Assembly: GCA_036679645.1 (NCBI GenBank)
Contig: JAZDCY010000035.1
Span: 42,253 to 106,252 of the forward strand
Origin: Gemmatimonadota bacterium
Lineage (GTDB): Bacteria > Gemmatimonadota > Gemmatimonadetes > Gemmatimonadales > GWC2-71-9
DNA length: 64,000 nt
Direction: 5' to 3'
The position numbers were made by a program, and so were the translations under genes. Of the stretch, positions 19,550 to 29,979 are shown in pieces. The notes under the pieces were generated by a model. The model did not search any database, was not told where the DNA came from, and saw nothing but the letters and a program-made list of their open reading frames with translations. How positions within the stretch are numbered: the first letter of the stretch is position 1; the number at the start of each line of letters is the position of its first letter.

Positions 19550-20812
19550 TCAGTCGACGCGCGAGACGGTGTCGCGCGCCGCGGGGTGCCCCATGAGACG
19601 GTCGAAGTAGGCTCGCACCGAGTCGAATGCGGCGCGCTGGGAGGACGGGACCGGGTCACCGCCGCCGAGATCGACGCGGCGCGGGTTCAGGTGCCGCCCA
19701 TTCTTGATGAACTCGTAGTGGACGTGCGGCCCGTTGGCGACGCCAGTCATTCCCACGTAGCCGATGATGTCCCCCTGCCTCACGCGAAGCCCGCGTCGAA
19801 TGCCTCGCGCCAGCCGGCTCATGTGCGCGTAGCGCGTCTCGATCTGCTTGGGATGCCTAATGGAGACCATGATCCCGTACCCACCCCAACGGCCTGCCCG
19901 CGTGATCGAGCCATCTCCCGTCGCCTCGATAGGCGTGCCTGGATTCGCGGCGTAGTCGGTGCCGAGGTGCGCGCGCCGCGTCCGGAGCACCGGGTGATAC
20001 CGGGATCGGCTGAAGTTCGATGAGATCCGGCGAAACCTCACCGGATAGACCTTGAACGCCCGTCTCAGCGAGAGGGCGCCGGCATCGTAGTACGCATTGC
20101 TTCCGTCACTATCCTCCAGGACGTAGGCGGTGTTTTCCGACCCGCGGGTCTCTATGCTCGCCGCGACGACCCGCCCATAGCGCACTTCGCCCAGCGACGA
20201 CGTGAGCCGCTCGTATAGCACGACGAAGGCATCACCTGGATAGAAGTCGCGCGTGAAATCGATCTGCCAGGCAAAGATGCCGTCAGCGAGGTCCCAGACG
20301 ATCGCATCGCGCGCCACGGCCGGCAGAATGGAATCGGGAATGGCAGCGCGGATGTCGTCGTAGAGCGACGTCTCGATCGCCCCCGACACCCGCTCTGTGT
20401 GCACCGTCCACGTGACCACCTCGGTCTCGGGAGACCACACGCCGCCGGAGTCACGATCCAGCCGGAGGAAGGCGTCATCGCTCATCCGCACCCGTACCCG
20501 ATCGGGCACCGGGTCGCCGATGGTGTATCGGAACTCGAAGACCGTGTTCGGCCGGACACGGCGAGGGTTGATACCGTCCATCTGGCTCAGCACGTCCAGG
20601 AACGTGCCGCCCACGATATGTTGCCGGGCGAACAGCTCCGAAAGCGTCTCGTTGCGGCGTACCGTGTCTGCGACCTCGATGAACGCACGCGTCACGACGA
20701 TTGCCGGTGCCACGGGAAGACTATCGGACGACCAGGCACGCCCACCCAGCCATGCGAGGCTGCCGACCGCCAAGAGGCCGACCGCGACGAAACGCCACCC
20801 AGCCCGCACCAT
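19550..20812 (-). CDS. M23 peptidoglycan DD-endopeptidase (MepM-like)
   Basis: N-terminal membrane anchor, HLGTD, YAHM and GPHVHYE zinc motifs. Confidence 0.9.
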   Translation of the reverse strand: MVRAGWRFVAVGLLAVGSLAWLGGRAWSSDSLPVAPAIVVTRAFIEVADTVRRNETLSELFARQHIVGGTFLDVLSQMDGINPRRVRPNTVFEFRYTIGDPVPDRVRVRMSDDAFLRLDRDSGGVWSPETEVVTWTVHTERVSGAIETSLYDDIRAAIPDSILPAVARDAIVWDLADGIFAWQIDFTRDFYPGDAFVVLYERLTSSLGEVRYGRVVAASIETRGSENTAYVLEDSDGSNAYYDAGALSLRRAFKVYPVRFRRISSNFSRSRYHPVLRTRRAHLGTDYAANPGTPIEATGDGSITRAGRWGGYGIMVSIRHPKQIETRYAHMSRLARGIRRGLRVRQGDIIGYVGMTGVANGPHVHYEFIKNGRHLNPRRVDLGGGDPVPSSQRAAFDSVRAYFDRLMGHPAARDTVSRVD

Positions 20813-21963
20813 CAGTCCATCTGTCGCCGGATGAACGTTGGGATCTCCATTTCGCTGACGTTTTCCGCCTCTTCCGTCGACGTCGGCGCGGCAGGAGGTG
20901 GCGTGACGAGACGTGCACCCGACGAGCGCGGGTGCGAGTGCCGCTCCGGGAACTGCAGCACGCCCGGAGGCGTCCGCGCGAAGGGACCCTCCCCCCTGGC
21001 GGCTTCCCTGTCAAAACCGGTCGCGATCACGGTCACGCGGATTTCGCCGGCCATCGCCGGATCATGCACCGCCCCAAAGATGATCTCTGCCTGATCCCCC
21101 GCCGCTTCGTGGATCACCTCGCTGATCTGATTGACCTCACCGAGCGTGAGATCCTCGCCGCCGGTGATGTTGACTAGGACGCCGGTGGACCCGTTGATCG
21201 ACACGTCGTCGAGTAGTGGGCTCGAAATGGCCTGCTGCGACGCATCGAGTGCCCGATCTTCGTTACGCCCAATACCCGTCCCCATGAGCGCGGAGCCGCC
21301 GTTTTGCATGACCGTGCGGACATCAGCGAAATCGACGTTCACCAGACCTGTGACGCTGATCAGGGTCGAGATACCCTGGGTCGCATGGAGCAAGACCTCG
21401 TCGGCCTTCTTTAACGCTTCCTGGAACGGCACGTTCTTGCCAACCACCGACAGAAGGCGCTCGTTTGGCACGACGATCATCGTATCGACGTGCTTGCGCA
21501 TTTCTTGTATGCCGATGTCGGCTTGCCGCATTCGCTTCTTGCCCTCGAAGAGGAACGGCTTCGTGATGATCCCGACAGTGAGTGCGCCCACGTCACGAGC
21601 CAGCTGGCAGATGATGGGGGCCGCACCCGTGCCGGTGCCGCCGCCCATGCCGCACGTGACGAAGACGAGATCGGCGCCCTCGAGAACGCGCAAGGCGTCG
21701 TCGCGGTTCTCTTCGATCGCCTGGCGCCCAATTTCGGGCCGGGCGCCCGCGCCGAGTCCCCGCGTGAGCTTCTTCCCGATCTGCACCTTGATGTCGGCCT
21801 GATTGTTGATCAGCGCCTGTGCGTCGGTGTTGACCGAGATGAACGCCACCCCACTCAGGCGTTCGTCGATCATCCGATTGACGGCGTTCCCGCCGCCGCC
21901 ACCCACACCCACGACCTTCATGTGGGCGTTCTGGGACGTGGTTTCCTCGAGCTCAAAGACCAT
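20812..21963 (-). CDS. ftsZ: Cell division protein FtsZ
   Basis: GGGGGNAVNRM, GGGTGTG, NVDFAD, C-terminal peptide EIPTFIRR. Confidence 0.98.
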   Translation of the reverse strand: MVFELEETTSQNAHMKVVGVGGGGGNAVNRMIDERLSGVAFISVNTDAQALINNQADIKVQIGKKLTRGLGAGARPEIGRQAIEENRDDALRVLEGADLVFVTCGMGGGTGTGAAPIICQLARDVGALTVGIITKPFLFEGKKRMRQADIGIQEMRKHVDTMIVVPNERLLSVVGKNVPFQEALKKADEVLLHATQGISTLISVTGLVNVDFADVRTVMQNGGSALMGTGIGRNEDRALDASQQAISSPLLDDVSINGSTGVLVNITGGEDLTLGEVNQISEVIHEAAGDQAEIIFGAVHDPAMAGEIRVTVIATGFDREAARGEGPFARTPPGVLQFPERHSHPRSSGARLVTPPPAAPTSTEEAENVSEMEIPTFIRRQMD

Positions 21964-21982
21964 AGGTCGTCCTAGACCCCGC

Positions 21983-23212
21983 TTAGAAGAAGTCCTGGAA
22001 CCACCGTTTCACCGGCCCCAAGAGGCGCTCGGTGGCTCCGCCGCCCTGCACTCCCTGAAGGCGCTCGCGAGCGGCCCACAACGCCAGCCCGACGGGAACC
22101 GCGTACCGCGGCGCCTGGACACTGTCGACCAACCCACCGACGTCCCGGTCCGGCGGACCCAGCCGAACGGGGATAGCGAGCACTTCACGGGTCAACTCGA
22201 CCGACCCGGCCAGCTGAGCGCCGCCCCCGGTCAGGATTGCCCCCGCGGGCAACCGGCCGCCGAAGCCGGTGCTGTCGATGGCCTGCTGGACCAACCCCAG
22301 GATCTCGTCGATCCGCTGGTGAATGATATGTGATAACAGTTCGCGTTTTGCACGCCTGGTGCCCTGGCCGGGCGTGCCGGGCAGATCGATCACCTCGTCC
22401 GGGTCCACCAGAGGCGTGAATGCGCACCCGTACCGCTCCTTCAGCCGCTCCGCATCGGACTGCGTGATACCGAGTCCCTGCACTATGTCGTTCGTCACAT
22501 GGGAGCCGGCAAAGGGCAACGACGCGTAATGCCGGATCTTCCCGTCTTTGAAGATGGCCATGTTGGTCGAGCCCCCACCCAACTCCACGAGGACGCACCC
22601 GAGTTCCCGCTCCTCGGCGGTCAAAACAGCGAGTGCAGCCGCCAACGGCTCCAACACCAGCCCCACCACTCGATATCCTGCGCGCTCGACGGCGCGCCGC
22701 ACGTTCTGCGCGGCCGTGGCCTGCATCGACACGAGATACATGTCCACCTCGAGCCGCAGACCCGTCATGCCGACCGGATCGCTGATGCCACCCTGCCCGT
22801 CGACCTTGTACTCCTGCGGGATCGGATGCAGCAACTCGCGGTCGGCGCCGAGGCTCACCGCCCTGGCCACGTCGTCGACGCGCTTGACGTCGGCACGTGT
22901 GATCTCGTCGCCGGTCACCGAGGCGAGTCCACCCTCGTTGCGCGTCTGTACGTGCTCGCCTGCGATGCCGCAATACGTGCCGGCGGCCTGGACGCCCGCC
23001 ATCCGCTCGGCGTCGCGCATCGCCGCCTCGATCCCGCGCATCGTCTCCTCGATGTCGCGCACCATCCCCCGACGCATCCCAGCGGTCTTGGCCACCCCAA
23101 CGCCCAGGATCTTGACCCCGGGCATTCGCGTGTCTCCGGTTGCCTCGGCGATCACCGCGCACGCCTTGGAGCTCCCGAGATCGAGACCCGCCACGATCTG
23201 CCCACGCTTCAC
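21983..23212 (-). CDS. ftsA: Cell division protein FtsA
   Basis: GLDLGSSK, ELGGGST, ILTGGGA, C-terminal amphipathic VKRWFQDFF. Confidence 0.96.
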   Translation of the reverse strand: MKRGQIVAGLDLGSSKACAVIAEATGDTRMPGVKILGVGVAKTAGMRRGMVRDIEETMRGIEAAMRDAERMAGVQAAGTYCGIAGEHVQTRNEGGLASVTGDEITRADVKRVDDVARAVSLGADRELLHPIPQEYKVDGQGGISDPVGMTGLRLEVDMYLVSMQATAAQNVRRAVERAGYRVVGLVLEPLAAALAVLTAEERELGCVLVELGGGSTNMAIFKDGKIRHYASLPFAGSHVTNDIVQGLGITQSDAERLKERYGCAFTPLVDPDEVIDLPGTPGQGTRRAKRELLSHIIHQRIDEILGLVQQAIDSTGFGGRLPAGAILTGGGAQLAGSVELTREVLAIPVRLGPPDRDVGGLVDSVQAPRYAVPVGLALWAARERLQGVQGGGATERLLGPVKRWFQDFF

Positions 23213-23877
23213 GTGCCGCTCCGCCGCGCAACCACCCATCCGGCAAACCGTCCGTCGAGTAACGACACGCGCACACCCGCGTCGGCGAGGTAGCGACGTA
23301 CCGTGACCACGGCGCGGATCTCGGCCGGCGACGGATAGCTGCGGACCACGACTCGCTGCGCTGCCACGTTCAACGTCACTGCGTCTTCACCCCCATATGC
23401 GAGGTCCACCGACTGATACAACAATGTATCTGCCGCACGCACCGCACAGAGCGTCCCCAGCACCGCGCGATCGGCCCGCCGCGCTACGGGCAGATCGAGG
23501 CCACCCCGCGTCGGGTCATACGGGAGCGGCCGGGCGTTGCAATCGAGCGCGACCATCCCCTCCGGACCGGACACGAACGCCACCGGCGAGCGTTCCACCA
23601 CCCGAACCCGGAGCGTGGCCGGCAGCCGCCGGTCCACCTCCGCTCGTAACACGCCCGGCAGACGTTCCAGTCGCTGCCTGAGCGGCCGCACCCGGTCGAA
23701 GACGTTCTGTGACGCCTTCAGGTCCAGTGCGGCGAGCACCCGCTCGGGGGCAAGGTACCGCACGCCCACCAACTCGACCTGCCGCACACGAAAGAACGGT
23801 ACCCAACGGAGACTCACCACCCCAGCCACGATCACCATTGCCGTGGAGCCGCCGATCAGCAGCGCGCGTCGAGTCAT
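23209..23877 (-). CDS. ftsQ: Cell division protein FtsQ/DivIB
   Basis: Single TM, POTRA domain (FRVRQVELVG...RRLPATLRVRVVER), located between murC and ftsA. Confidence 0.85.
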   Translation of the reverse strand: MTRRALLIGGSTAMVIVAGVVSLRWVPFFRVRQVELVGVRYLAPERVLAALDLKASQNVFDRVRPLRQRLERLPGVLRAEVDRRLPATLRVRVVERSPVAFVSGPEGMVALDCNARPLPYDPTRGGLDLPVARRADRAVLGTLCAVRAADTLLYQSVDLAYGGEDAVTLNVAAQRVVVRSYPSPAEIRAVVTVRRYLADAGVRVSLLDGRFAGWVVARRSGT

Positions 23878-25253
23878 GCCGCCCGCCCGTTCAGGCGGTC
23901 CAGCAACTCGCGTCCCACCGCCGTGATGTCGCCTGCACCCAACGTCATGACAACGTCACCCGTTCGCGCGATCCCGGCCACGACATCCGTCACGTTCGCG
24001 CGGTCATCGACCCAGTGTGTATCCGCACCCGCTCGCTTCGCCGCATCCACCACACGCTTCCCCGAGACGCCGGCGATGGGGCGCTCGCGTGCGGCGTATA
24101 CCTCCGTGACAACAACGACGTCCGCGAGCGACAGCGTGATCCCAAGTGCCTCCCCGTGTACCTGGGTCCGCGAGTACAGATGCGGCTGGAATACTGCCAC
24201 CAACCGGGCGCGCGGGAACCGCTGACGCGCCGCCGCGAGCGTCACGGCCACTTCGGTCGGGTGATGGGCGTAATCGTCGACGATCGTGATCCCGGCCGTC
24301 TGCCCCACAATCTCGAATCGTCGCCCAACTCCACCGAACCGCTCCAGAGCCCCCGCCGCCGCTGCCACGTCACGCTCCCGTACGGCCACCACCGCGAGCG
24401 CCATAGCCGCGTTGCGCAGGTTGTGGATCCCCGGGACCTGCAGTCGCAGTGTCACCGCCCCCATCCCACCAGGTAGCGCGACCCTGGCCGTCGTGTGCTC
24501 GGCACCCGTCTGGATGTCCGTCACCCGCACGTCAGCGTCGTCCGCCATCCCAACGGTCCACACATTCGGCACGCGTGCCGCCACGCGCCGCGCGCCCGCG
24601 TCGTCCGCGCCTGCGAGGACACGCGTCGCGCGCGCCGCGAACGTGACAAACGCCTCCTCGAGCGTCGCGACGTCACCGTAGCACTCGAGATGGTCCGCCT
24701 CGACATTAGTGACGACCGCCACGTCGGGCCAGAGCGACAAGAAGGCGCGGTCGTACTCATCCGCCTCGACGACGTATACCTCGTCGCCGTCGAGCAGTGC
24801 ATTCCCATTCCACGCCGCCACACGACCCCCGACCAGTCCTGTGGGCCGCTGACCGACGGCTCTCAGCGCCTCCGTCGTCATGACGGACGTCGTCGTCTTC
24901 CCGTGCGTCCCCGCCACCGCCACCACCACACCTTCGGCGATCGCCTCGTGCAACGCGTCGGCACGCCGCATCACCGGAATGCCCGCAGCCCGGGCCGCGG
25001 TCAATTCCGGGTGTTCGGGTCCCACCGCCGCAGTGTACACGACTCCCCGCACACCGGTCACGTGCGCTGGATCATGCCCTGAGAAGATGTCGGCGCCGGC
25101 GCGCGCCGCGTCCGACGCGCCGCTCGGTTCGATGTCGCATCCGGTGACCGCCACACCCCGATGGCGCGCCAGGAGCGCCAAGGCACTCATCCCCGCACCG
25201 GCGATTCCAAGGAAATGCACGGGGCGAGGATCGTCCGGGGTGAAAAGCGGCAT
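23874..25253 (-). CDS. murC: UDP-N-acetylmuramate--L-alanine ligase
   Basis: GIAGAGMS, GTHGKTTT, EADE, DDYAHHPTE, FQPHLYSRT. Confidence 0.96.
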   Translation of the reverse strand: MPLFTPDDPRPVHFLGIAGAGMSALALLARHRGVAVTGCDIEPSGASDAARAGADIFSGHDPAHVTGVRGVVYTAAVGPEHPELTAARAAGIPVMRRADALHEAIAEGVVVAVAGTHGKTTTSVMTTEALRAVGQRPTGLVGGRVAAWNGNALLDGDEVYVVEADEYDRAFLSLWPDVAVVTNVEADHLECYGDVATLEEAFVTFAARATRVLAGADDAGARRVAARVPNVWTVGMADDADVRVTDIQTGAEHTTARVALPGGMGAVTLRLQVPGIHNLRNAAMALAVVAVRERDVAAAAGALERFGGVGRRFEIVGQTAGITIVDDYAHHPTEVAVTLAAARQRFPRARLVAVFQPHLYSRTQVHGEALGITLSLADVVVVTEVYAARERPIAGVSGKRVVDAAKRAGADTHWVDDRANVTDVVAGIARTGDVVMTLGAGDITAVGRELLDRLNGRAA

Positions 25254-25308
25254 TGGTTGGGCAGCTAATATAGTGTCAACTCGAAATTTACGAAAGACTT
25301 ACGGCCCC
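25254..25308 (-). promoter_or_regulatory. AT-rich murG-murC gap, possible internal promoter
   Basis: Largest gap in the dcw run (55 bp). TATATT (25272-25267) lies 13 nt before the murC ATG; the -35 is weak. Confidence 0.35.
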
Positions 25309-26391
25309 TCAGAGCAGCTCGATCAGATGCGAGGCAATTGCCCGCGCGGCCTGAGGTTGACCCCGCGCGCGTGCCTGCCCTGCCATCGCGGTGAGCCGTA
25401 CCCTGTCCCGCAGTAACGCCGTGAGTTCGCGTTCCATCACATCCGGCCCGAGCACCGACTGTGGTAGGTGGACCGCCGCTCCGGCAGCGGCCATTGCCGC
25501 GGCATTCGCCGACTGGTGATCGGCGGCGGCGGTGGGAAGGGGCACGAGCACCGACGGCAGGCCCCAGGCCGCGAGTTCCGCCACTGTCATTGCCCCCGCC
25601 CGGGCAACCACGAGGTCCGCGGCCGCGTATGCCTCGGCAATCGGATCCCAGAACGGACGGACCTGAACGTCGGGCGGCCGGTCGAACGCCCTTAAACTCT
25701 CAAACGCCCCGGGGCCCGTACTCCAGAGCAGCGCCATCCGTGGCAGCGTGTTGCTGGCCACCATCTGCGCGACCGCGTCGTTTACCGCCTGCGCCCCTTG
25801 GCTGCCGCCGGTCACGAGCACCACCGGGACATCTGGCGTCACACCAAGCCGGCGTTTGGCTTCTGCCTGGTCCGCGGCACCCGGCGGCGTGATGGGGTTG
25901 CCAAGCGTGAACACCGCCGTGTCCGGTCCGGGGCGGAGGTGCGATTGCGCCTCGGCAAATCCCAGGTGGAGCTGCGCGGCTCGGCCCGCAAGGCGTCGTG
26001 TGGTGATGCCCGGCATCGCATTTTGTTCTTGCAGCGCAATGGGGATTCCACGCCGGTCGGCGAACCACAGCAGCGGGCCGGCGGCGTAGCCTCCAGTGCC
26101 AACGACGAGCCGGGGCCGCTCTTCGGCGAGCACGCGCCGACATTGGGCCGCGAGACGCAGCGCGAGTCCGAGCCAGCGGAGGTTGCGCCACCACGTGCGT
26201 CGATAAATCGGTTCCGCCGAGAGCAGGTGATATCGGTAGGGCCGGTGCGGCAAGATGCTCGCCTCTACCCCGCGGCGGGAGCCCACGATTACTGGCTCGA
26301 TGTCGGACTGTACCGCGACCAACGCATCGGCCAGTGCCAGCGCGGGCATGAGGTGCCCGCCGGTGCCTCCACCGGCGAGGACGACGATCAT
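25309..26391 (-). CDS. murG: Lipid II GlcNAc transferase MurG
   Basis: AGGGTGGH, GTGGY, EQN, GNP, GGSQGA, RAGA, HQ. Confidence 0.96.
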   Translation of the reverse strand: MIVVLAGGGTGGHLMPALALADALVAVQSDIEPVIVGSRRGVEASILPHRPYRYHLLSAEPIYRRTWWRNLRWLGLALRLAAQCRRVLAEERPRLVVGTGGYAAGPLLWFADRRGIPIALQEQNAMPGITTRRLAGRAAQLHLGFAEAQSHLRPGPDTAVFTLGNPITPPGAADQAEAKRRLGVTPDVPVVLVTGGSQGAQAVNDAVAQMVASNTLPRMALLWSTGPGAFESLRAFDRPPDVQVRPFWDPIAEAYAAADLVVARAGAMTVAELAAWGLPSVLVPLPTAAADHQSANAAAMAAAGAAVHLPQSVLGPDVMERELTALLRDRVRLTAMAGQARARGQPQAARAIASHLIELL

Positions 26392-27521
26392 CGGCGCGTG
26401 CGGGAGGTGCACCGCCCGATGTTGATCAGTACGCCCGTCGCAAAGATGGAGACGAGCAGGTTAGAGCGCCCGTACGAGACAAAGGGAAGCGGAAGGCCCG
26501 TGGTTGGAATGATGGCGAGTGTGACCGCAATATGTAGCAGGGCGGTCAGCACGACCAACGAAACCAGTCCGACGGCCAGTAGGGCGCCAAACCGGTCCTC
26601 CGCATCGCGCGCGATACGCAGGCCGATCCAGAGGTACGACCCAAACGCCAACAGGATCACGACACTACCGAGGAATCCCCACTCCTCACCGATCGTGCTG
26701 AATATGAAATCCGTATATGCATCGGGAAGGAAACCGAGTTTCTGAGACCCTTCACCGTAGCCCACACCAACCAGGCGACCCGACCCGATACCGATCAACG
26801 ACTGCTGGATCTGCCAACCGGTCTCGGACGCCTCGCCGCCCGGCGATAGGAAAGTGACCATACGCGCCAAGCGGTATTGCACCGAGACGAGCTGCTGCCA
26901 GACGATGGGGATCGCGAGCACGAGGAGGACGAGGAAATGCCCGATCCGCGCGCCGGCGGCGAACATCACGACACCTAGCAACAGGGCGGCTAGCACGGCT
27001 GTCGACAGATTGGGCTGGAACAGGATGAGCGCGCACACCGGGAAACCGATCACCAGAAACGGTAGCACGCCCGTCTTGAAGTCGCGTACGCCGTCCCCCT
27101 TTCGGGTTGCGAGCATCGCCGCCCACACGATCACCGCGAACTTGGCAAACTCCGACGGCTGCAGGGACAGGGGCCCGAGCACCAACCACCGCCGTGCATG
27201 CCTGATCTCCGGTGCAAGAACCCGCACGACCGGGAGATAGGGAACGGCCAGAACGGCGAGCGTTCCCAGCATTAGGGGCCATGCCAGCCGTTGCCACACG
27301 TGGTAGTCGAGCCGCGCCGCTACGAGGAGCCCTATCCCCCCCACCACGACCCCCACCAATTGTCGCAACGCAAACGCCGATCCAGGTTCGCCACTCTGTA
27401 CGGCCACGATGCTCGAGGCCCCATACACGGCGGCGACACCGAACACCGCGAGCATCGCTGTCACCGCACCGAGCATGCGCCCCTGCCAGTTGACCCGAGA
27501 GAGCGTCACGCGCGCGCTCAC
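26388..27521 (-). CDS. ftsW: SEDS peptidoglycan polymerase FtsW
   Basis: ARRW, QPSEFAK, YTDFIF, GEEWG, GLPLPFVSYG. Confidence 0.95.
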   Translation of the reverse strand: MSARVTLSRVNWQGRMLGAVTAMLAVFGVAAVYGASSIVAVQSGEPGSAFALRQLVGVVVGGIGLLVAARLDYHVWQRLAWPLMLGTLAVLAVPYLPVVRVLAPEIRHARRWLVLGPLSLQPSEFAKFAVIVWAAMLATRKGDGVRDFKTGVLPFLVIGFPVCALILFQPNLSTAVLAALLLGVVMFAAGARIGHFLVLLVLAIPIVWQQLVSVQYRLARMVTFLSPGGEASETGWQIQQSLIGIGSGRLVGVGYGEGSQKLGFLPDAYTDFIFSTIGEEWGFLGSVVILLAFGSYLWIGLRIARDAEDRFGALLAVGLVSLVVLTALLHIAVTLAIIPTTGLPLPFVSYGRSNLLVSIFATGVLINIGRCTSRTRR

Positions 27522-28861
27522 AACGCCTCCACGAGACGGCGGAACGCGTCGCCCCGCGCCGCGAAGTTCTCGAACTGATCGAAGCTGGAGCAGGCAGGGG
27601 AGAGCAGTGCCACATCGCCGGTCTGCACCATCCCTGCCGTATCGTGCACCGCCTCGGCAAGAGTACCGACCCGCCGAACGGACACGACATCAGCGAGATC
27701 CTGGACAATGATGGACGCCGCCTCACCGTACGCGACCACGCACCGGCACGCTCCCAGTACCTGGCCGAGACGCGAATAGGGCTCGCCCTTGTGCCGGCCA
27801 CCCATCATGAGCACGAAGGGACCTTCCATGGCGCGAACGGCCACGGAGGTAGATGCCACGTTCGTCGCCTTCGAGTCGTTGATCCATTTTACGCCTTCGA
27901 CGTGGCGCACGACTTCCAGACGGTGGACTAGACCGCTGAAACTCGCCAGCCCGTCAGCGATCTGCGTATCATCGAGACCTACGCACTCCGCGACCAGCGC
28001 GGCCGCGAGAGCGTTCTCGACGTTATGGTCACCCATCAGGCGAAGGGCTTCACGTCGTACCAGATCACGCGCCCCGAGCTTGAGCTGTCCGCCAACGCGG
28101 TCCCACCACGCGTCCGCTGGTCCGCTCAGGCGCCACAGCTTGCGCGTTCCGGGTGCGGTCCCCGCCAACTCGAGCACCGCGGCGTCATCGCCGTTCAGAA
28201 TCCACTGCGATTCCTCGTCCGCGTTGGTGAAGAGCCGTGCTTTGTCTTCGTAGTACGCCTCTACCGATCCGTAGCGGTCGAGATGGTCCGGCGAGAGATT
28301 GGTGACAACCCCAATGCGGGGTCTCAGCGATGGCGCATCGTGCAACTGGTAGGACGACACCTCGACCACAGCCCACGTCGGTGCCTGCGACTCCGCGGCC
28401 AGCGCGATGAGCGGCCGTCCAATGTTGCCCGCCGCTTCCGCACGGATGCCCGCCCTCGAGAGGATGTGCGCGACCAGTGCCGTCGTCGTGGACTTACCGT
28501 TCGTCCCCGTCACGACAATGAGTCGCGTCGCCGGCAGCACAGTGGCCGCAAGATCCAACTCCGCGCGCACGGGCACGCCGGCCCGGCGTGCGGCCAGGAC
28601 CGCGGGCGCCGATGGGGGCACCCCCGGCGACACCACTACGGCCGCGGCACGTGTGATTCGTTCGAGGTCGTGGCGCCCTTGTTCGACCGCTATGCCCCGC
28701 GCCTCGAGGGTCGCCGCCGCCGCCGCAATGTGTTCGCCCGTGGAAGCGTCGGACGCGTAAACCCGGACTCCCTGATCGGCGAGGAAAAGGCTGACGGCGG
28801 TCCCTGTGCGCGCCAAACCCAGAACCGCGACCTCGCCACGGCGCCACGCAGGCGGGATCAC
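27518..28861 (-). CDS. murD: UDP-MurNAc-L-Ala--D-Glu ligase
   Basis: SPGVP, TGTNGKSTT, GNIG, EVSSYQL, DHLDRY, NDSKATN, LSPACSSFDQF. Confidence 0.96.
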   Translation of the reverse strand: MIPPAWRRGEVAVLGLARTGTAVSLFLADQGVRVYASDASTGEHIAAAAATLEARGIAVEQGRHDLERITRAAAVVVSPGVPPSAPAVLAARRAGVPVRAELDLAATVLPATRLIVVTGTNGKSTTTALVAHILSRAGIRAEAAGNIGRPLIALAAESQAPTWAVVEVSSYQLHDAPSLRPRIGVVTNLSPDHLDRYGSVEAYYEDKARLFTNADEESQWILNGDDAAVLELAGTAPGTRKLWRLSGPADAWWDRVGGQLKLGARDLVRREALRLMGDHNVENALAAALVAECVGLDDTQIADGLASFSGLVHRLEVVRHVEGVKWINDSKATNVASTSVAVRAMEGPFVLMMGGRHKGEPYSRLGQVLGACRCVVAYGEAASIIVQDLADVVSVRRVGTLAEAVHDTAGMVQTGDVALLSPACSSFDQFENFAARGDAFRRLVEAL

Positions 28862-29979
28862 CGAATCTTGAGCGTCGAAAGCGCGATCAGCGCACACAGC
28901 AACCCGAAGATGTAGAAGCGGGTTACAACCTTCGACTCGGCCCAGCCGATCTTCTCGAAGTGGTGGTGCAGCGGCGCCATGCGAAAGAGGCGATGCTGTT
29001 CGGCGTAGGCTCGACCGCGGCGACGGCGACGCCAGCGGAAGACGGAGGTCTGGAGGATCACCGAGAGCGCTTCCGCCACGAACACGCCACCGATCAGGAG
29101 CAGCAGGAACTCCGACTTCAACAGAATGGCCACGGTCCCGAACGCCCCGCCGAGCGCGAGGCTCCCGGTATCTCCCATGAACACCTGTGCTGGGTGCGCG
29201 TTGAACCAGAGAAACCCCAGCGCCGCACCCGCCACACTGGCGCAGAAGATCGTCAGTTCTCCTGCCCCAGGCAGGTAGTAGATCTGGAGGTACCCCGCCC
29301 AGTCCACCCGGCCAAAGAGGTACGCGAAGATGGCGAACGCCGCCGCCGCAATCATCGAAAGCCCAATGGCCAAGCCGTCCAAACCGTCGGTGAGATTGAC
29401 GGCGTTGCTGGTCGCCGTCACGACCAGTGAGACGAAAACTACGTACGCCGCGGGGGCAAAGATCACCAGAACGTACTTGAGAAACGGTAGCGTCGTCGCA
29501 CTCGCGGGCACGTTGTCGGCAATGGGAAACGCGAGCAGGTAGATACCCAGCGCGACACCAAAAGTCGTCTGACCCACCAGTTTGTAGCGTGCAACGAGCC
29601 CCCGCGATTTACCCTGCACCGTCTTCAGGAAATCGTCGACGAAACCGATCGCGCCCGTCCAGAGTGTCGCGAGCACGGCGACCCAAACGTACCGGTTGTC
29701 GAGCCGTGCCCAGAGCAGCGTGGGAACGAGGGCCGCAATGAGAATGATCAGCCCACCCATGGTGGGTGTGCCGCGCTTGGCCTGGTGGCTGGCAGGTCCT
29801 TCAGCGCGCACGATCTGTCCCACTCCGCGCCGTTCGAGCTGGCGAATGATCGGTGGGCCGACGAGGAACGCCAGCGCCATCGCCGTTGCGGCGGCCCCGG
29901 CCGCGCGAAACGAGATGTAGTTGAAGAGGTTGAGCCCGAAGTAACGGTCCGCGAGCGGCGTCAGGAAGTGGTAGAACAC
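28858..29979 (-). CDS. mraY: Phospho-MurNAc-pentapeptide transferase
   Basis: GTPTMGG, NAVNLTDGLDGL, FMGDTGSL, MAPLHHHFE. Confidence 0.97.
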   Translation of the reverse strand: MFYHFLTPLADRYFGLNLFNYISFRAAGAAATAMALAFLVGPPIIRQLERRGVGQIVRAEGPASHQAKRGTPTMGGLIILIAALVPTLLWARLDNRYVWVAVLATLWTGAIGFVDDFLKTVQGKSRGLVARYKLVGQTTFGVALGIYLLAFPIADNVPASATTLPFLKYVLVIFAPAAYVVFVSLVVTATSNAVNLTDGLDGLAIGLSMIAAAAFAIFAYLFGRVDWAGYLQIYYLPGAGELTIFCASVAGAALGFLWFNAHPAQVFMGDTGSLALGGAFGTVAILLKSEFLLLLIGGVFVAEALSVILQTSVFRWRRRRRGRAYAEQHRLFRMAPLHHHFEKIGWAESKVVTRFYIFGLLCALIALSTLKIR